Shown here in pieces: positions 37,513 to 48,141 of a stretch of 55,916 bases of DNA; position 1 is the first letter of the stretch; each line of letters starts with the position of its first letter. Below the pieces are notes generated by a model. It was not told the origin of the DNA. It saw only the letters and a program-made list of their open reading frames with translations, and did not search any database. The stretch comes from an uncultured Candidatus Obscuribacterales bacterium (GTDB lineage: Bacteria > Cyanobacteriota > Vampirovibrionia > Obscuribacterales > Obscuribacteraceae): positions 1-55,916 of the forward strand of contig CAYZJR010000038.1 of assembly GCA_964478655.1 (NCBI GenBank), in the 5' to 3' direction. A program made the position numbers and the translations under genes.

Positions 37513-38562
37513 ATGGCACGTCATCGTGTTGTTGGGCCAGAGGATCCGAAGTCTCCTGCGATTCGTCGCCGGATGCTCGAAACCTGGCTCAAAACTATCC
37601 TGGGTTACCTCATGATGGGCGGTCTCGTCCTCGGTGCCCTGGCGGTCTTTAATTTCTCCTACGAATGGAAGCTTGGTTGGGGCCTGTTCTGGTACGTCGT
37701 GCCGATCGTGATGTGGTGGTTCAGTGCGCAGGTCGCGCTGAAGATGACCAAATCCGTCCCGGCTGACCCCAACATTCCTGAGCACAAGCGGCTCATCGAC
37801 ATCGTCGATCGTGTGTACGCCAAGAGCGGGCTGAAGTTCAAGCCGCCGGTGTACATCTCCGACAACCCGCTTCCCAACGCGTTCGCCACCGGCCCGATTC
37901 ACCGCAAAGCGGTCGTCGCTGCCACGAAGGGCTTGTTCCTTTGCGGCATGACCGACGATGAGATCGAGGCGGTGTTCGCGCACGAGCTTGCGCACGTCAA
38001 AAACTACGACGTGGGCATCAACTCTTTCCTGTCCATTCTGTCGATGATGTTCTTCATGATCGTGGACAGCGGTGTTCGCCTTCTCATGGGCAGCATCTCC
38101 ATCTTCAAGAAGACCTTCGGCATGAACCCGCAGAAGAAGGGCTTCTTCACCGGCATTCTGGAGTGGATCATCATGATGGTCATCTTCCAGATTACTGGGC
38201 GCATGACGCGTCTGGTGCAGTTCTTCGTTGTTCGTGCTCGTGAGTCCGGCGCTGATGCGACCGGTGCCATGATGACGAGTAAGCCGTGCGACCTGGCGGC
38301 TGCTCTAAAGAAGCTGGTCGCCTACGTCGAGAAGAACCGTCCGCCGAAGGGGCGCGAATCCGAACTCATGCGAGCGATTCGCCCGATGATGACGATCGAC
38401 CCGCTCTTCGACGCTTTGGCTGAGGAGCCGAAGCCGAAGACGCTGTGGCAGAAGATCGTCGCCTGGTGGAAGAGTCTGCAGCTCACGCACCCGCCGGTTC
38501 CCGAGCGCGTGAAGGAGCTGGAGCGCATGAACGGCGGCGCCTGCCCCGGTCCGACGAAGTAA
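37513..38562 (+). CDS. htpX: HtpX-like M48 zinc metalloprotease
   Basis: N-terminal TMs, FAHELAHVKNYD (HEXXH), later TM pair and GADATGAMM block; aggagg RBS. Confidence 0.8.
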   Translation: MARHRVVGPEDPKSPAIRRRMLETWLKTILGYLMMGGLVLGALAVFNFSYEWKLGWGLFWYVVPIVMWWFSAQVALKMTKSVPADPNIPEHKRLIDIVDRVYAKSGLKFKPPVYISDNPLPNAFATGPIHRKAVVAATKGLFLCGMTDDEIEAVFAHELAHVKNYDVGINSFLSILSMMFFMIVDSGVRLLMGSISIFKKTFGMNPQKKGFFTGILEWIIMMVIFQITGRMTRLVQFFVVRARESGADATGAMMTSKPCDLAAALKKLVAYVEKNRPPKGRESELMRAIRPMMTIDPLFDALAEEPKPKTLWQKIVAWWKSLQLTHPPVPERVKELERMNGGACPGPTK

Positions 38563-38697
38563 GCGCTCGCTTACGAAACGTTTCTTGATTCTAAGGCGAG
38601 CGGTTCCTTCACCGACTGGTGAGTGAACCGCCGCCTGCTTTGTGTCACCACTTCCGGTGGCACTCAATTTGGGAAAGTTTTCCCGGAGTGACAACAT

Positions 38698-39765
38698 ATG
38701 CTCACATCTAGCCTACGGAGTGCGCTCAAGCGCATCTCTATCGTTTCCTTTTGTGGGTTACTGTTGCTCGGGCTCGCTGGTTGCGACTCGAAGTCCGGCA
38801 ACAACAACAACCCGCCCAACCAACCACCCGCCCCGTCTCAGCCGAAGAACATCGTCAAAGTTGAACTTCGGCCTGAGTCGTCTGGAGAGTTTCAGCGAAT
38901 CTCCACCTACACGCCCGATGGCTCCCGCCTGATCGAGTTGCAGATCGACTATCGCGATGGCAACACGGAGAAGCAATTCTTCCGTCAGGATGGCTCCACG
39001 AGCAAGAAGCAGAAGTTCTACCAGTCTTCTCGACCGCTCAAGCTCGAGAAAGAGACTGAGTTCGCTTCCGACGGCACCACGGTTGTGATGGAGCGAACCT
39101 TCCGCGTTCAGGGCCCCCTCGACGCGGAGAAGAAGTTCAACGCTGACGGTTCCACCGAAACCAAGCGCTATCGCGTAGACGGCAAGCGCTTGCACTCGCT
39201 CGAAAACAGAGACTCCGCCGGTAACGCGACCGCCACATACTGGCGAGCAGACGGCAGCCTCTGGGCGAAGTCGAAGACTCTCGGTACGGCAGGCTATTAC
39301 AGCCAGCCCATCGAGATCACGTACTACGGCACGAACGGCAACGTTGCTCAGGTGCGCACCATTCTCTCCAATAAGATGGAGATTCAGGTGAATCGTGCCG
39401 ATGGGACGAAGCAGTACGTGCAGATCTGGAGTGGTTACTCCAGCCCGTACTATCGCAGCTTCACGCTCGACTCTCTCAAGGAGTACGAGAGCGATGGCGC
39501 CACGCTGTCGCGTGAAGTGAAGTTCAGCTACTCGACGCGTGTGAGCGAGGCTCACTCGTACACCAAAGGCGTGAAGTCGTCTTCGCGGTACTACCGCTGG
39601 GACGGCACGCTGGAGCGTGAAGAGACGCTGGACGCTGCGGGCAAAGTGACCGCGACCAAGAATCACGATGCCTCGGAAGGCATCACCGAACCCGTAGATG
39701 CTTCCTGGAAGGTCGAGCCGACGTGGGAAGACCCCACGAGCTCCGACATTCGCAACTTCCAGTAA
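38698..39765 (+). CDS. lipoprotein with MORN-variant (YwqK-like) repeats
   Basis: LLLGLAGCDS lipobox; recurring Y/F-R-x-DGS/T motifs (FRQDGST, YRVDGKR, YWRADGSL, YRWDGTL). Confidence 0.55.
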   Translation: MLTSSLRSALKRISIVSFCGLLLLGLAGCDSKSGNNNNPPNQPPAPSQPKNIVKVELRPESSGEFQRISTYTPDGSRLIELQIDYRDGNTEKQFFRQDGSTSKKQKFYQSSRPLKLEKETEFASDGTTVVMERTFRVQGPLDAEKKFNADGSTETKRYRVDGKRLHSLENRDSAGNATATYWRADGSLWAKSKTLGTAGYYSQPIEITYYGTNGNVAQVRTILSNKMEIQVNRADGTKQYVQIWSGYSSPYYRSFTLDSLKEYESDGATLSREVKFSYSTRVSEAHSYTKGVKSSSRYYRWDGTLEREETLDAAGKVTATKNHDASEGITEPVDASWKVEPTWEDPTSSDIRNFQ

Positions 39766-39948
39766 TCGGGCAGTCGAAGCTTATCTTAGGATTTTCAGGG
39801 CTCCGGCTCTCACGGTGAGAGTCGGAGTCTGCTCGTGAACACCAATGGTGGTGGCGCGAGAAAAACCTCTTTTCGTACAAATTCACAAAAATACGCAGCG
39901 AGAGCCCTTTGACAGGCTCTCGTCTTGTGACTCCTGGAGATATCCAAA

Positions 39949-41772
39949 ATGGAGAACAAGTCAAAACGCAAGCTCATCACGTTTGGCCTTCTGGCTGTGG
40001 TGGCTGCCCTCGTTACGCTCATCTTCGCGACGGGCGATTTCAGTTTCTTTGGTGGCAAGGCCGTTTTGTCCGGCAACACGCCGGCGGCCGTCAACAACTC
40101 GACTCTCAACAAGCATGCCAACCCCGAAGACCGTCTGACCATCGTGGTCGGTCTCCAGCTGCGCAATGTTGACGAGCTCAACAAGCTCCTTGCGGAGCAG
40201 GCGAATCCGGCGTCGCCTCAGTATCGCCGTTACATCACTCCCGACCAGTTCGCGCAGCGGTATTCGCCGACGCACGCTGATGTCGACCAGGTTGTCGCCT
40301 TCCTCGGGAAGAACGGCATCCGGGTGGTTTCGGTTACCCCCAACCGCACGCTCATCCAGGCCGAGGGCACCGTCTCTCAGCTCGAGGCTGCGTTCGGCGT
40401 GACCATTAACGAGTACACGTGGACGTCTCCTGCCGGCGTGAAGAAGACCTACTTCTCCAACGCCCAGGATCCGAGCGTTCCGTCTAACCTCGCAGGCATC
40501 GTGCAGTCGGTGATTGGTCTCAACACCTTCGCCGAGTTCGAAAGCATGATGCGCCGTAGCCCGCAGCCGGCGCCGAAGGCGTTCGTGAGCGGCTACACGC
40601 CCCAGGATTTGGCTCAGGTGTACAACTACCCCAACGCCAACAACAAGAATGCCACCACGACTCTGTCGGGTAAGGGCGTCAAGATCGCCGTCGCCACTGC
40701 TGAGAACTACGACCAGAAGGACATGGACGAGTACTACAAGCAGTTCGGCATCAAGCGCACGGGCCAGGTGGTAAACATCTACGTCGGCGGCAACCCCAAC
40801 AAGGTAAACGGCGAAACCACTCTCGACCTGCAGATGGTCGCGGGCCAGGCTCCCGGTGCCGACATCCTGATGTACATGGGCAACGACCCGAAGTTCACGA
40901 CGTTCACGCTCGTGTTCAACCAGATCGTCACCGACAACAAGGCTGACATCATGTCAGTCTCCTGGGGTCTGTGCGAAGACGGTACGGGCAAGGCTCAGAT
41001 GCTGACGGAACAGGCCATCTTCAAGCAGGGTGCTGCTCAGGGCATTGCTATGTTCGCCGCTGCCGGCGACGACGGTGCCTACGACTGCCCGACGAAGAAG
41101 CCGATGCTGTCCGTGGACTACCCGTCTTCGGACCCGTACATCACCGCAGTTGGTGGCACGACGCTTTACGCGTCGGGCGGCAAGCGCACTTCGGAAGGCG
41201 CATGGACTGGCGGTGGCGGTGGTATCTCCGCTTACCACAAGCGTCCGACGTGGAACAACGGCAACGGTGTTCCTGCCGGCGACATGCGCATGAGCTCTGA
41301 CGTCTCGCTCGTCTCTGACCCGTGGACCGGCTATGCCATCTACGTGGAAGGGCAGTGGGGTGAGGTTGGTGGCACCAGCGCTGCGGCTCCGATGTGGGCG
41401 GCCCTGTGGGCGCTCTCCGTCGAGAACGCCGGCGGACGTCTCGGTCTCGCCAACGAGACCATCTATCGCATGGGCAACTCTGCCGACTACGGCAAGTTGT
41501 TCTACGACGTGACCAGTGGCAACAACGGCGATCACCGCGGACCTGGTTACAACACCGGCCCGAACTGGGATCACCCCACTGGCTGGGGCGCTCCGGATGG
41601 CACTGCTGTCGCCAACTGGATCAAGGCCGACGCGGCGAAGAATCCTCCGCCGACGTTCAGCCAGCCGGTGAAGACCAAGAAGGACGAGGACTCGACTTCG
41701 GTCGATACATCCAGTCCAGTGGCTCCGGTCGAAGCTCCTGCTGCGACTGAGCCGGCACCCGCGAAGAAGTAA
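39949..41772 (+). CDS. sedolisin/kumamolisin-like S53 serine peptidase with pro-domain
   Basis: N-terminal TM/signal, pro-kumamolisin activation region, SVSWG, GGTSAAAPMWAALWAL (S53 catalytic Ser block), C-terminal Pro/Ala tail. Confidence 0.8.
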   Translation: MENKSKRKLITFGLLAVVAALVTLIFATGDFSFFGGKAVLSGNTPAAVNNSTLNKHANPEDRLTIVVGLQLRNVDELNKLLAEQANPASPQYRRYITPDQFAQRYSPTHADVDQVVAFLGKNGIRVVSVTPNRTLIQAEGTVSQLEAAFGVTINEYTWTSPAGVKKTYFSNAQDPSVPSNLAGIVQSVIGLNTFAEFESMMRRSPQPAPKAFVSGYTPQDLAQVYNYPNANNKNATTTLSGKGVKIAVATAENYDQKDMDEYYKQFGIKRTGQVVNIYVGGNPNKVNGETTLDLQMVAGQAPGADILMYMGNDPKFTTFTLVFNQIVTDNKADIMSVSWGLCEDGTGKAQMLTEQAIFKQGAAQGIAMFAAAGDDGAYDCPTKKPMLSVDYPSSDPYITAVGGTTLYASGGKRTSEGAWTGGGGGISAYHKRPTWNNGNGVPAGDMRMSSDVSLVSDPWTGYAIYVEGQWGEVGGTSAAAPMWAALWALSVENAGGRLGLANETIYRMGNSADYGKLFYDVTSGNNGDHRGPGYNTGPNWDHPTGWGAPDGTAVANWIKADAAKNPPPTFSQPVKTKKDEDSTSVDTSSPVAPVEAPAATEPAPAKK

Positions 41773-41804
41773 CTCTTCTGCGCGACATTTGTTGCGAGAA
41801 AGGC

Positions 41805-41858
41805 GGCGGGGCCCTGCAAACCACAATTGTGGAGCAGGGCCCCGCTTTCCTTTTTTTA
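41805..41858. terminator. bidirectional rho-independent terminator between convergent genes
   Basis: gcggggccctgc...gcagggccccgc hairpin + tttcctttttttacc. Confidence 0.65.
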
Positions 41859-41922
41859 CCGGAAAACTAGTCGACCGGTCTAGTACCTTAATTTCAGCTT
41901 TTGAGTTAGGGCACTTTTCGCC

Positions 41923-43917
41923 CTAACTTTTCGCTATGGCATCCGCTTTCTCGCGCAGAAGAGGAAGTTCTCGCATGGTCGGCCAGCGGCTGAGTGCGGC
42001 GTCAAACTTGTCGAGCGAGACCTTTGAATTAGGTTCCAAAATTGCATTCAAAATCGCCCGCTGCGTTTCTTCGCTCGGGTCCCGCAACCCTTTATCCAGT
42101 GCCTCTTTTGCCATCGTTCTTGCCGCATTCAGATCGCTGTTCAGATAGCTGATGCAGCTTCTCAGATAACAGTAGGTCGCTTTGTTCGGAGCTAATTTGA
42201 GAGCCGCATCTATCGCGCTTCCGGCTGCTGTCCAGTCCTTAAGCATCACCTCGCATTCAGCGATGTAACGCTTGCTTTCTGCCCTGAGTTCAACTGCATT
42301 TGGATTCTCAAGCTTGAAGCCTAGGGCGAAGCTTCTTTCTGCATCCCGGTAGTTAGCGGCATTGTATTGGATGATTCCCAGTTGATGGAGAAACTCGCGC
42401 CGTTTCTTTCCCGTACTCTGATTGAATGCGATTTGCATAGGGGGTATTGCCTCGCTCCACCGACACAATTTTGCGTAAGTAGTGGCGAGAGTCGATTGTG
42501 CATCCACATTTTCAGGGTTGAGTGCAACTGCTTGTTTTGCGTCTGCCAGAGCCTCGTTGGGCCTGCCCAGCTCATTCAGAAGTATTGCTCGGTGCATGCG
42601 TGAATCTAGATGTTTCTGGTTCAGGTTTGCGGCCGCAGTGTAGTCTTTCAGGGCTTCTTCGGTTTTCCCTAGCTTTTCCAGTGATTTGGCACGCAGGCAA
42701 TAGCCGGTGGAGGAATAGGGGTCGAGTTTGAGGATTTTGTTTGCTTGATCGGCGGCCCGAGCGAATTCACCAAGTTCTTGTAAGGTCACGCCGAGCAGTA
42801 TGTGAGCTTGCACGTTGTCCGGGTGCTCTGCCACAAGTGGCTCAAGCAATGCTAATGCTTGGTTCCACCGTTCTTGAGTGACCAAGTGATTGCACTTTGC
42901 CAGATCGGCAAAATATTCTCTTGTTCCCTCCGGAACCATTGATTGGCTGCTAGAAAGCACGGCGGGGAAGCACACGTTGGCGACGAATGCAAAGAACAAT
43001 CCACTAACAAGAAAGGCATAGGGCGCGCGTTTTTGGATATGTGCGGGCGCCAGGTTGGAACACACCTGAGTCTTTGACATGCGATCGTGAATGACTTGGC
43101 GCTCTTTGTTGAAGACAGCAAAGGTCAAGCCGATCCAGAAAGGTCCGAGGCTCAGAGCGCGGCAAATGTATCTCCAGACTGCACGAGGAAGCGAGAGGGC
43201 GTTTCCGTTTGCTTCGGTTATGTGGATTCCTAAGAGCCGCTTGCCGAGCGTCGCTTTGAGGGGCGACTTCTCCATCAATATTCTGTAGCAAGCATCCAAC
43301 ACGATGGGTGCCAGACACACGTTGCAGATGGCAAGCCAGTAAGACTCAGGATTCATCAATCTCAAGTTGCCTGCGCTTACTGCAGCGGCAAGCCCGATCA
43401 TCGGCGATACTACCGGCCAAAGCGCGGACCCGACGCCAATCATCCATGTGTAGGTCACCGAATACGGTGACACTAAAGTAAGCACGTACTCCGGGAACCA
43501 AGGAATTCCGGCTCGCCAAGACAATGAAATCTGCCAGATTGCGGTGCTCAAATACAACCAGCCTATTGCCAAAATTCCGATGACGACGGCGTCGAAAAAA
43601 GCTGCCCCGACACGCAGAAAGAAGATGCTGTTTCCGACGCTTTGGACCTTTTCTTGTGGAGATTCCGACGGCAGGTTCTTGTTCGATTTTATAGTGGCTT
43701 TCGCACTTGCTTCGGGTTTCACATCCGGCTGAACTGCAGGGTGGTCCTCTGCTCCTTCGGTGGAGTTGGCAGGCGTCTTTTGCGGGTTTGCCGCAACTTC
43801 GGATGTGTCCGCTTGTTGGTTGTCTCCATTGAAATGTTCGACCAACTCAATCTGTTCGTCGACTTCAATGGGTTCAGATCGTTTGAGTGGTTCCATCTGA
43901 AACATTAACACTATCAA
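41923..43917 (-). CDS. membrane protein with N-terminal RDD-like domain and C-terminal TPR repeats
   Basis: Multiple TM segments (FFLRVGAAFFDAVVIGILAIGW...), then six or more TPR repeats. Confidence 0.55.
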   Translation of the reverse strand: MIVLMFQMEPLKRSEPIEVDEQIELVEHFNGDNQQADTSEVAANPQKTPANSTEGAEDHPAVQPDVKPEASAKATIKSNKNLPSESPQEKVQSVGNSIFFLRVGAAFFDAVVIGILAIGWLYLSTAIWQISLSWRAGIPWFPEYVLTLVSPYSVTYTWMIGVGSALWPVVSPMIGLAAAVSAGNLRLMNPESYWLAICNVCLAPIVLDACYRILMEKSPLKATLGKRLLGIHITEANGNALSLPRAVWRYICRALSLGPFWIGLTFAVFNKERQVIHDRMSKTQVCSNLAPAHIQKRAPYAFLVSGLFFAFVANVCFPAVLSSSQSMVPEGTREYFADLAKCNHLVTQERWNQALALLEPLVAEHPDNVQAHILLGVTLQELGEFARAADQANKILKLDPYSSTGYCLRAKSLEKLGKTEEALKDYTAAANLNQKHLDSRMHRAILLNELGRPNEALADAKQAVALNPENVDAQSTLATTYAKLCRWSEAIPPMQIAFNQSTGKKRREFLHQLGIIQYNAANYRDAERSFALGFKLENPNAVELRAESKRYIAECEVMLKDWTAAGSAIDAALKLAPNKATYCYLRSCISYLNSDLNAARTMAKEALDKGLRDPSEETQRAILNAILEPNSKVSLDKFDAALSRWPTMRELPLLREKADAIAKS

Positions 43918-44008
43918 TTCCTATGCTTCTACATGCCCGCTTTGTTGATTAAATAGTTTTGGAACTCTCAAACCCCCCCTAATTTTTCGGCGCGCGCCGT
44001 CTTACCCC

Positions 44009-44485
44009 TTGAAGGTCAACGCAGCAATTCAAATTTGTTTGGAAGGAGAAAGTATGCAACGTCAGGAAGAAATGCCAGTAACACAAGTCGAAAATCAGGT
44101 CGCAAAACTGCCTGTAGAGCCGAACATCGCGGCTGCCTTGTGTTATGTTCCGGTATGCGCCATTAACATCGTTGCCGGCGTCATCCTTCTGAAAGTGGCT
44201 CGTGATGACAAGTTTTTGAAGCATCATGCATTGCAGGGTCTGGTGATTGCTGCCATGTACATGTCTTTGTGCGCGCTTATGTGGGTGTGTACGAGCATTT
44301 GCAGTGTCATTCCCTACATGGGATTTGTTGAGTTTGCGTCTTGGCTGGCGTGGTTGGGGGCGACCTTCGGATTCTTGGGGCTGTTGGTTTACGGCGGCGT
44401 TGCTGCTTTTGCAGGCAAGCGCGGCAGTATCCTAGTCGTCAGCCAACTTGCTGAAGTGGCCGATCAAAAGCTGCCCCGCTTCTAA
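44009..44485 (+). CDS. small integral membrane protein (DUF4870-like)
   Basis: 3-4 TM; true start may be the internal Met at 44054. Confidence 0.45.
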   Translation: MKVNAAIQICLEGESMQRQEEMPVTQVENQVAKLPVEPNIAAALCYVPVCAINIVAGVILLKVARDDKFLKHHALQGLVIAAMYMSLCALMWVCTSICSVIPYMGFVEFASWLAWLGATFGFLGLLVYGGVAAFAGKRGSILVVSQLAEVADQKLPRF

Positions 44486-44960
44486 ATCTTGATTCTTACT
44501 TTGGTTGCAGAACCTGACCGCTGCAAGAAAGTGTTGCAGGCCGCTGGTAATTTCGAAACAGCGTAATAGTTCTAAAAAGGCTAAAAGCCTATCTGTAGCG
44601 TTGTTTTGAGGCTCTGATAAGTCTATCTTGGCAACTATAAGTTGAATCTATTTTTTGCAACAATAAAACCAAGAACCTCATCAAATTGGACTTAAGGGAC
44701 CTACCTTGCTGCTTTAGGCGGTGCGACCGTTGTGGTAATCATTCACGCGAGTTGCGCCAAGCCGAGCGCTCGCTTCTAGCGAGACCCCGAAATGCCTTAA
44801 ATCGCAAGCAGGGCATGGTTTTTGCTGGGTTGTCATGAGCTTTACTGGTACGTTGAGAACATTCGTTTTGCATTCACACATGAAAACACGCAGGTGTCCA
44901 ACCAACCGCAAAACCTAACGGACAGCTCTTTTCTAACTACAAACCTGGGCGCGCTGCGAA

Positions 44961-46220
44961 TTGCTTGCAGTACGACCTACAACATCTTTTCTTATGAAAC
45001 AACTATTGGCATTGTGGCTGCCTTTGGCGGCTTGCTGCCTTGCCCTGGCTGCATGCAAGCCTCGGCAGGAGCGGACGCTTGTGGTGCAAGTTCTCAATAC
45101 GGAGCAGCGAGAGCTGACTCCGCTTGGACTGGTGCGCAAGGTATATGACTTTGAAGGGCACCTCGTCGAGCATCACTTTCCGTATCCGGACGGCGGTTAC
45201 GCGCATGTGATTTATCGAAGTGATGGAACAGTGGCGGCAACTCTCGAGGATTACCCGAGTCAGCCTGGCGCATTGGCGCCTGTTCGTAAGAGCGAGGCTG
45301 AGTTTGCAGAGGATGGAAAGACCGTGCTTTTGGGCAAGGCGTATCGCCTTGATGGCAGTCTGAGAATGGTTCGGCGCGCGTCACCGGACGGGCGCTGGAG
45401 CGACGAAGACTACCTCCCAAGCGGTCGGCAGGCGTTTAAATCGCAGCGAAACCCGGATGGTTCTTGGGAGATCACTTGCCTTCGCGTCGACGGCACCCGA
45501 GACTCAGTCGTGCTTGTGCGCAGGAGTAAAGTCGACAACGAGTCTTCGGAAGGTTCTGAACCCGAGCCGAAAGTGGTGTGGATCGACTGTTTCGATGCCG
45601 CCGGAACGGTTCGTCTTTGCCACCAAGCGTTTGCCGAAGAAGGCGAGACAATCGACCCTCTTCAGCCGCTTGCCGGTGGAACGGGCGCAATGAACGGCAG
45701 CAAGGAAGCCGGGCGTTTGGTATTCTTCTACGGCAAGGGCAGCATCGCGAGTCACTATCAGTGGTGGCGAGCAGGGCGAACCGACAATGCAGATGGCGAG
45801 GAGTTTACGCTTGAAATTGTCGGACAGTTCAAGAACACGGAGCTTGTTCGGCGCTTCTTTGTCGATGATCTTGGTGACGAGGTTTCAGTCACGAAGGTGG
45901 AACGGCAGGAAGAATTGGCTGAGTTTCCCAAAGTGTCGAGTTGGCCTGAAGACTCGGAGTCAGGGCTGCCAATTGAAACTTGGGTGGGGGGCAAGACTCG
46001 TTCGCTTTTGTTCGACGAGTTTTGCGAACTAAAAGACATGTCCGGCAAGCGACTCGCAACAGCAACTTCGCAAGAAAAAGAAACTGTAGACACGCGACTC
46101 TTCATGCGACCTCCGGGGTCGCTTTATCCTGTGCTAAATGAAGAGTTGGCGCAAGACGACGTCCAGTGGATTGGAGAGCAGGATTCTAAGAACCCTTGCC
46201 ACTGGTATCACAATTTGTGA
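44961..46220 (+). CDS. lipoprotein with MORN-variant repeats (paralogous architecture to 38698-39765)
   Basis: LPLAACCLALAACKP lipobox; RSDGTV, YRLDGSL, SPDGRWS, NPDGSWE repeats. Confidence 0.55.
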   Translation: MLAVRPTTSFLMKQLLALWLPLAACCLALAACKPRQERTLVVQVLNTEQRELTPLGLVRKVYDFEGHLVEHHFPYPDGGYAHVIYRSDGTVAATLEDYPSQPGALAPVRKSEAEFAEDGKTVLLGKAYRLDGSLRMVRRASPDGRWSDEDYLPSGRQAFKSQRNPDGSWEITCLRVDGTRDSVVLVRRSKVDNESSEGSEPEPKVVWIDCFDAAGTVRLCHQAFAEEGETIDPLQPLAGGTGAMNGSKEAGRLVFFYGKGSIASHYQWWRAGRTDNADGEEFTLEIVGQFKNTELVRRFFVDDLGDEVSVTKVERQEELAEFPKVSSWPEDSESGLPIETWVGGKTRSLLFDEFCELKDMSGKRLATATSQEKETVDTRLFMRPPGSLYPVLNEELAQDDVQWIGEQDSKNPCHWYHNL

Positions 46221-46237
46221 CCTCAACTAAACAGCTT

Positions 46238-47395
46238 ATGATATTCACAATTCTTTTCCAGCTGACCGATTTGCGTCTGACGGAGCCGCACTGGCTCTGG
46301 CTTGCGTTGGTTGCGCCGGCTCTCGTTATTTTGAGAAAACGTCTGCGCATTGCCTTTGCGCACACGTCGACTTCCATTCACAAAGCCACACGCAATCGCG
46401 ATTGGACCGGGGTGTTCGTCGCCGTCTTGCTGGTGGTTTCATGGGCATCGTTCTGCATCGCGCTGACGAAGCCTCGCCTCGTGCATCAGGAGATGCGGCG
46501 CACTCTCAATGCCCGCGACTTCGTGATCGGTATCGATCGCTCTGGTTCGATGTTTGCCTCGGACATCAAGAATCCGCAGCTTCGTCAGGAAATCGACGCT
46601 TTCGCCGAGGGGCTGGCCAAGCAGGAAAAGGCGATGCGCGAGGCGTACCCCAAGCTTTATCCGTATCCCCCGGATGCACCTCAAGCGACGGTCGCCGCCG
46701 ATCATGTGAGGCGGTTCGACTTGGCTCGCTATGCGGCGTTCAAGTTTCTCGGCAGTCGTCCCCAGGGTGATCGAGCGGCGCTCTTCACCTTCGACGACGA
46801 TGTTTATTGGGCGTGGCCACTGGGTTCTGACCTCAATGTCGTTTCGCGAAAGACTGAGGAGTTGTCGACGTCTAAGCAAGGCGGAGGCACTAACTTCGAA
46901 GGTCCGACGCAGAACAATCCGAGGCAAGGCGCCTTTCAAGCCACGATCAATCACCTGGAAAAGCTCGCGAAAGCCAAAACGCGAGTACTCATCTTCGTCT
47001 CCGACGGCGACGCCGGAATCAGCCCGGAGCGCCATCAAGCGCTTGTCGAGCAAATGAAGAGGGAGAATCAGGAGATTCACATCTTCGCGCTTGTTTGCGG
47101 CGCCAAGACACAGTTGGACAACGCAAGCACTCAATCGCTCCGCAAGCTGGTTGAAGCGGTGAATCCGCAAAACTGGCACGACAGCAAAGGCGAAAAGGTC
47201 GATGCCGTGCTGTGGGCCGGTGATGGTGAAGCGATGAAGAGCGCCTTCGCGCGCATCAACGAACTCGAGAAGTCGGCCGTAGAGCTTGAACCGATCGAGG
47301 GTTTCAAGGACGTGACGTTTCAATTCATTCTGCTTGGGGCACTCAGCCTTGCGGGGTTGCTCGTCGCGTGCACACTACTTAACGAGAACTTCTAA
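46238..47395 (+). CDS. BatA-like von Willebrand factor A domain membrane protein
   Basis: N-terminal TM pair, VIGIDRSGSM MIDAS motif, C-terminal TM. Confidence 0.65.
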   Translation: MIFTILFQLTDLRLTEPHWLWLALVAPALVILRKRLRIAFAHTSTSIHKATRNRDWTGVFVAVLLVVSWASFCIALTKPRLVHQEMRRTLNARDFVIGIDRSGSMFASDIKNPQLRQEIDAFAEGLAKQEKAMREAYPKLYPYPPDAPQATVAADHVRRFDLARYAAFKFLGSRPQGDRAALFTFDDDVYWAWPLGSDLNVVSRKTEELSTSKQGGGTNFEGPTQNNPRQGAFQATINHLEKLAKAKTRVLIFVSDGDAGISPERHQALVEQMKRENQEIHIFALVCGAKTQLDNASTQSLRKLVEAVNPQNWHDSKGEKVDAVLWAGDGEAMKSAFARINELEKSAVELEPIEGFKDVTFQFILLGALSLAGLLVACTLLNENF

Positions 47396-47401
47396 TGTCT
47401 T

Positions 47402-48124
47402 ATGAAAATCATTCGTTATGTTGGTTTGGCTGTCGCAGTCCTCTCTCTGGACGGCGTCATCGCCTACCGCCTGCATGAAGGCAGTGCCACCGAATATGAC
47501 GCCATGGCGTTTGTCGGTGTGCTTGCCGCTCTTCTGTTTCTACTTGCGCTCAAGACGCTGAGGAATCGGCTTGCGCGTGCCACGGCGCTTGTTTCCGGAT
47601 TGGCGCTCGCCTTGTCCGGTGCGGCGCTTTTGACGCAGACCGCTCCACAAGTCGGCGTTTACAATAACGCCATTGTTTCGATGCAGGAGGGCGACCTTCT
47701 GCAAGCCATAAAGCTCTTCGATGAGAGCGTGACGATTCACAAGAAGCTGGCCGAACGCCCGCTGCTTGCTCGTTTGATCTCGCCGAAAGTGCGAAATGAC
47801 TTTGAGGCACTGGCGTTGTTTCACAAGGCAAACTGTCTCGTTAAGCTCAACAAAGGCAAAGAGGCAGTCGATGCTTTGAAGAAGTCACTGCAGTCAAACC
47901 CCGGCAACTGCTATGAAGGGCTTGATCTGTCCGCCGCGCAACGACGTTATCTCGAAGCGCTGGAGGCTCAGTCCAATCTGGAGAAGCTCTTCAAGAGCGG
48001 GCAGGGTGGTGGACACGCAACTGGTCCCGGAGGCGGGCAAGGGCAGCCTCAGCCGGGTCAACAACCCGGGCGCGAACGTCAGCCGCAGCCGGGTGCGGGC
48101 AAACAAGAGCGCGACGCGCTGTAA
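47402..48124 (+). CDS. BatC-like TM + TPR protein with Gly/Gln/Pro-rich tail
   Basis: N-terminal TMs, TPR repeats, low-complexity C-terminus. Confidence 0.55.
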   Translation: MKIIRYVGLAVAVLSLDGVIAYRLHEGSATEYDAMAFVGVLAALLFLLALKTLRNRLARATALVSGLALALSGAALLTQTAPQVGVYNNAIVSMQEGDLLQAIKLFDESVTIHKKLAERPLLARLISPKVRNDFEALALFHKANCLVKLNKGKEAVDALKKSLQSNPGNCYEGLDLSAAQRRYLEALEAQSNLEKLFKSGQGGGHATGPGGGQGQPQPGQQPGRERQPQPGAGKQERDAL

Positions 48125-48141
48125 CCTCAACTTCTCATTGT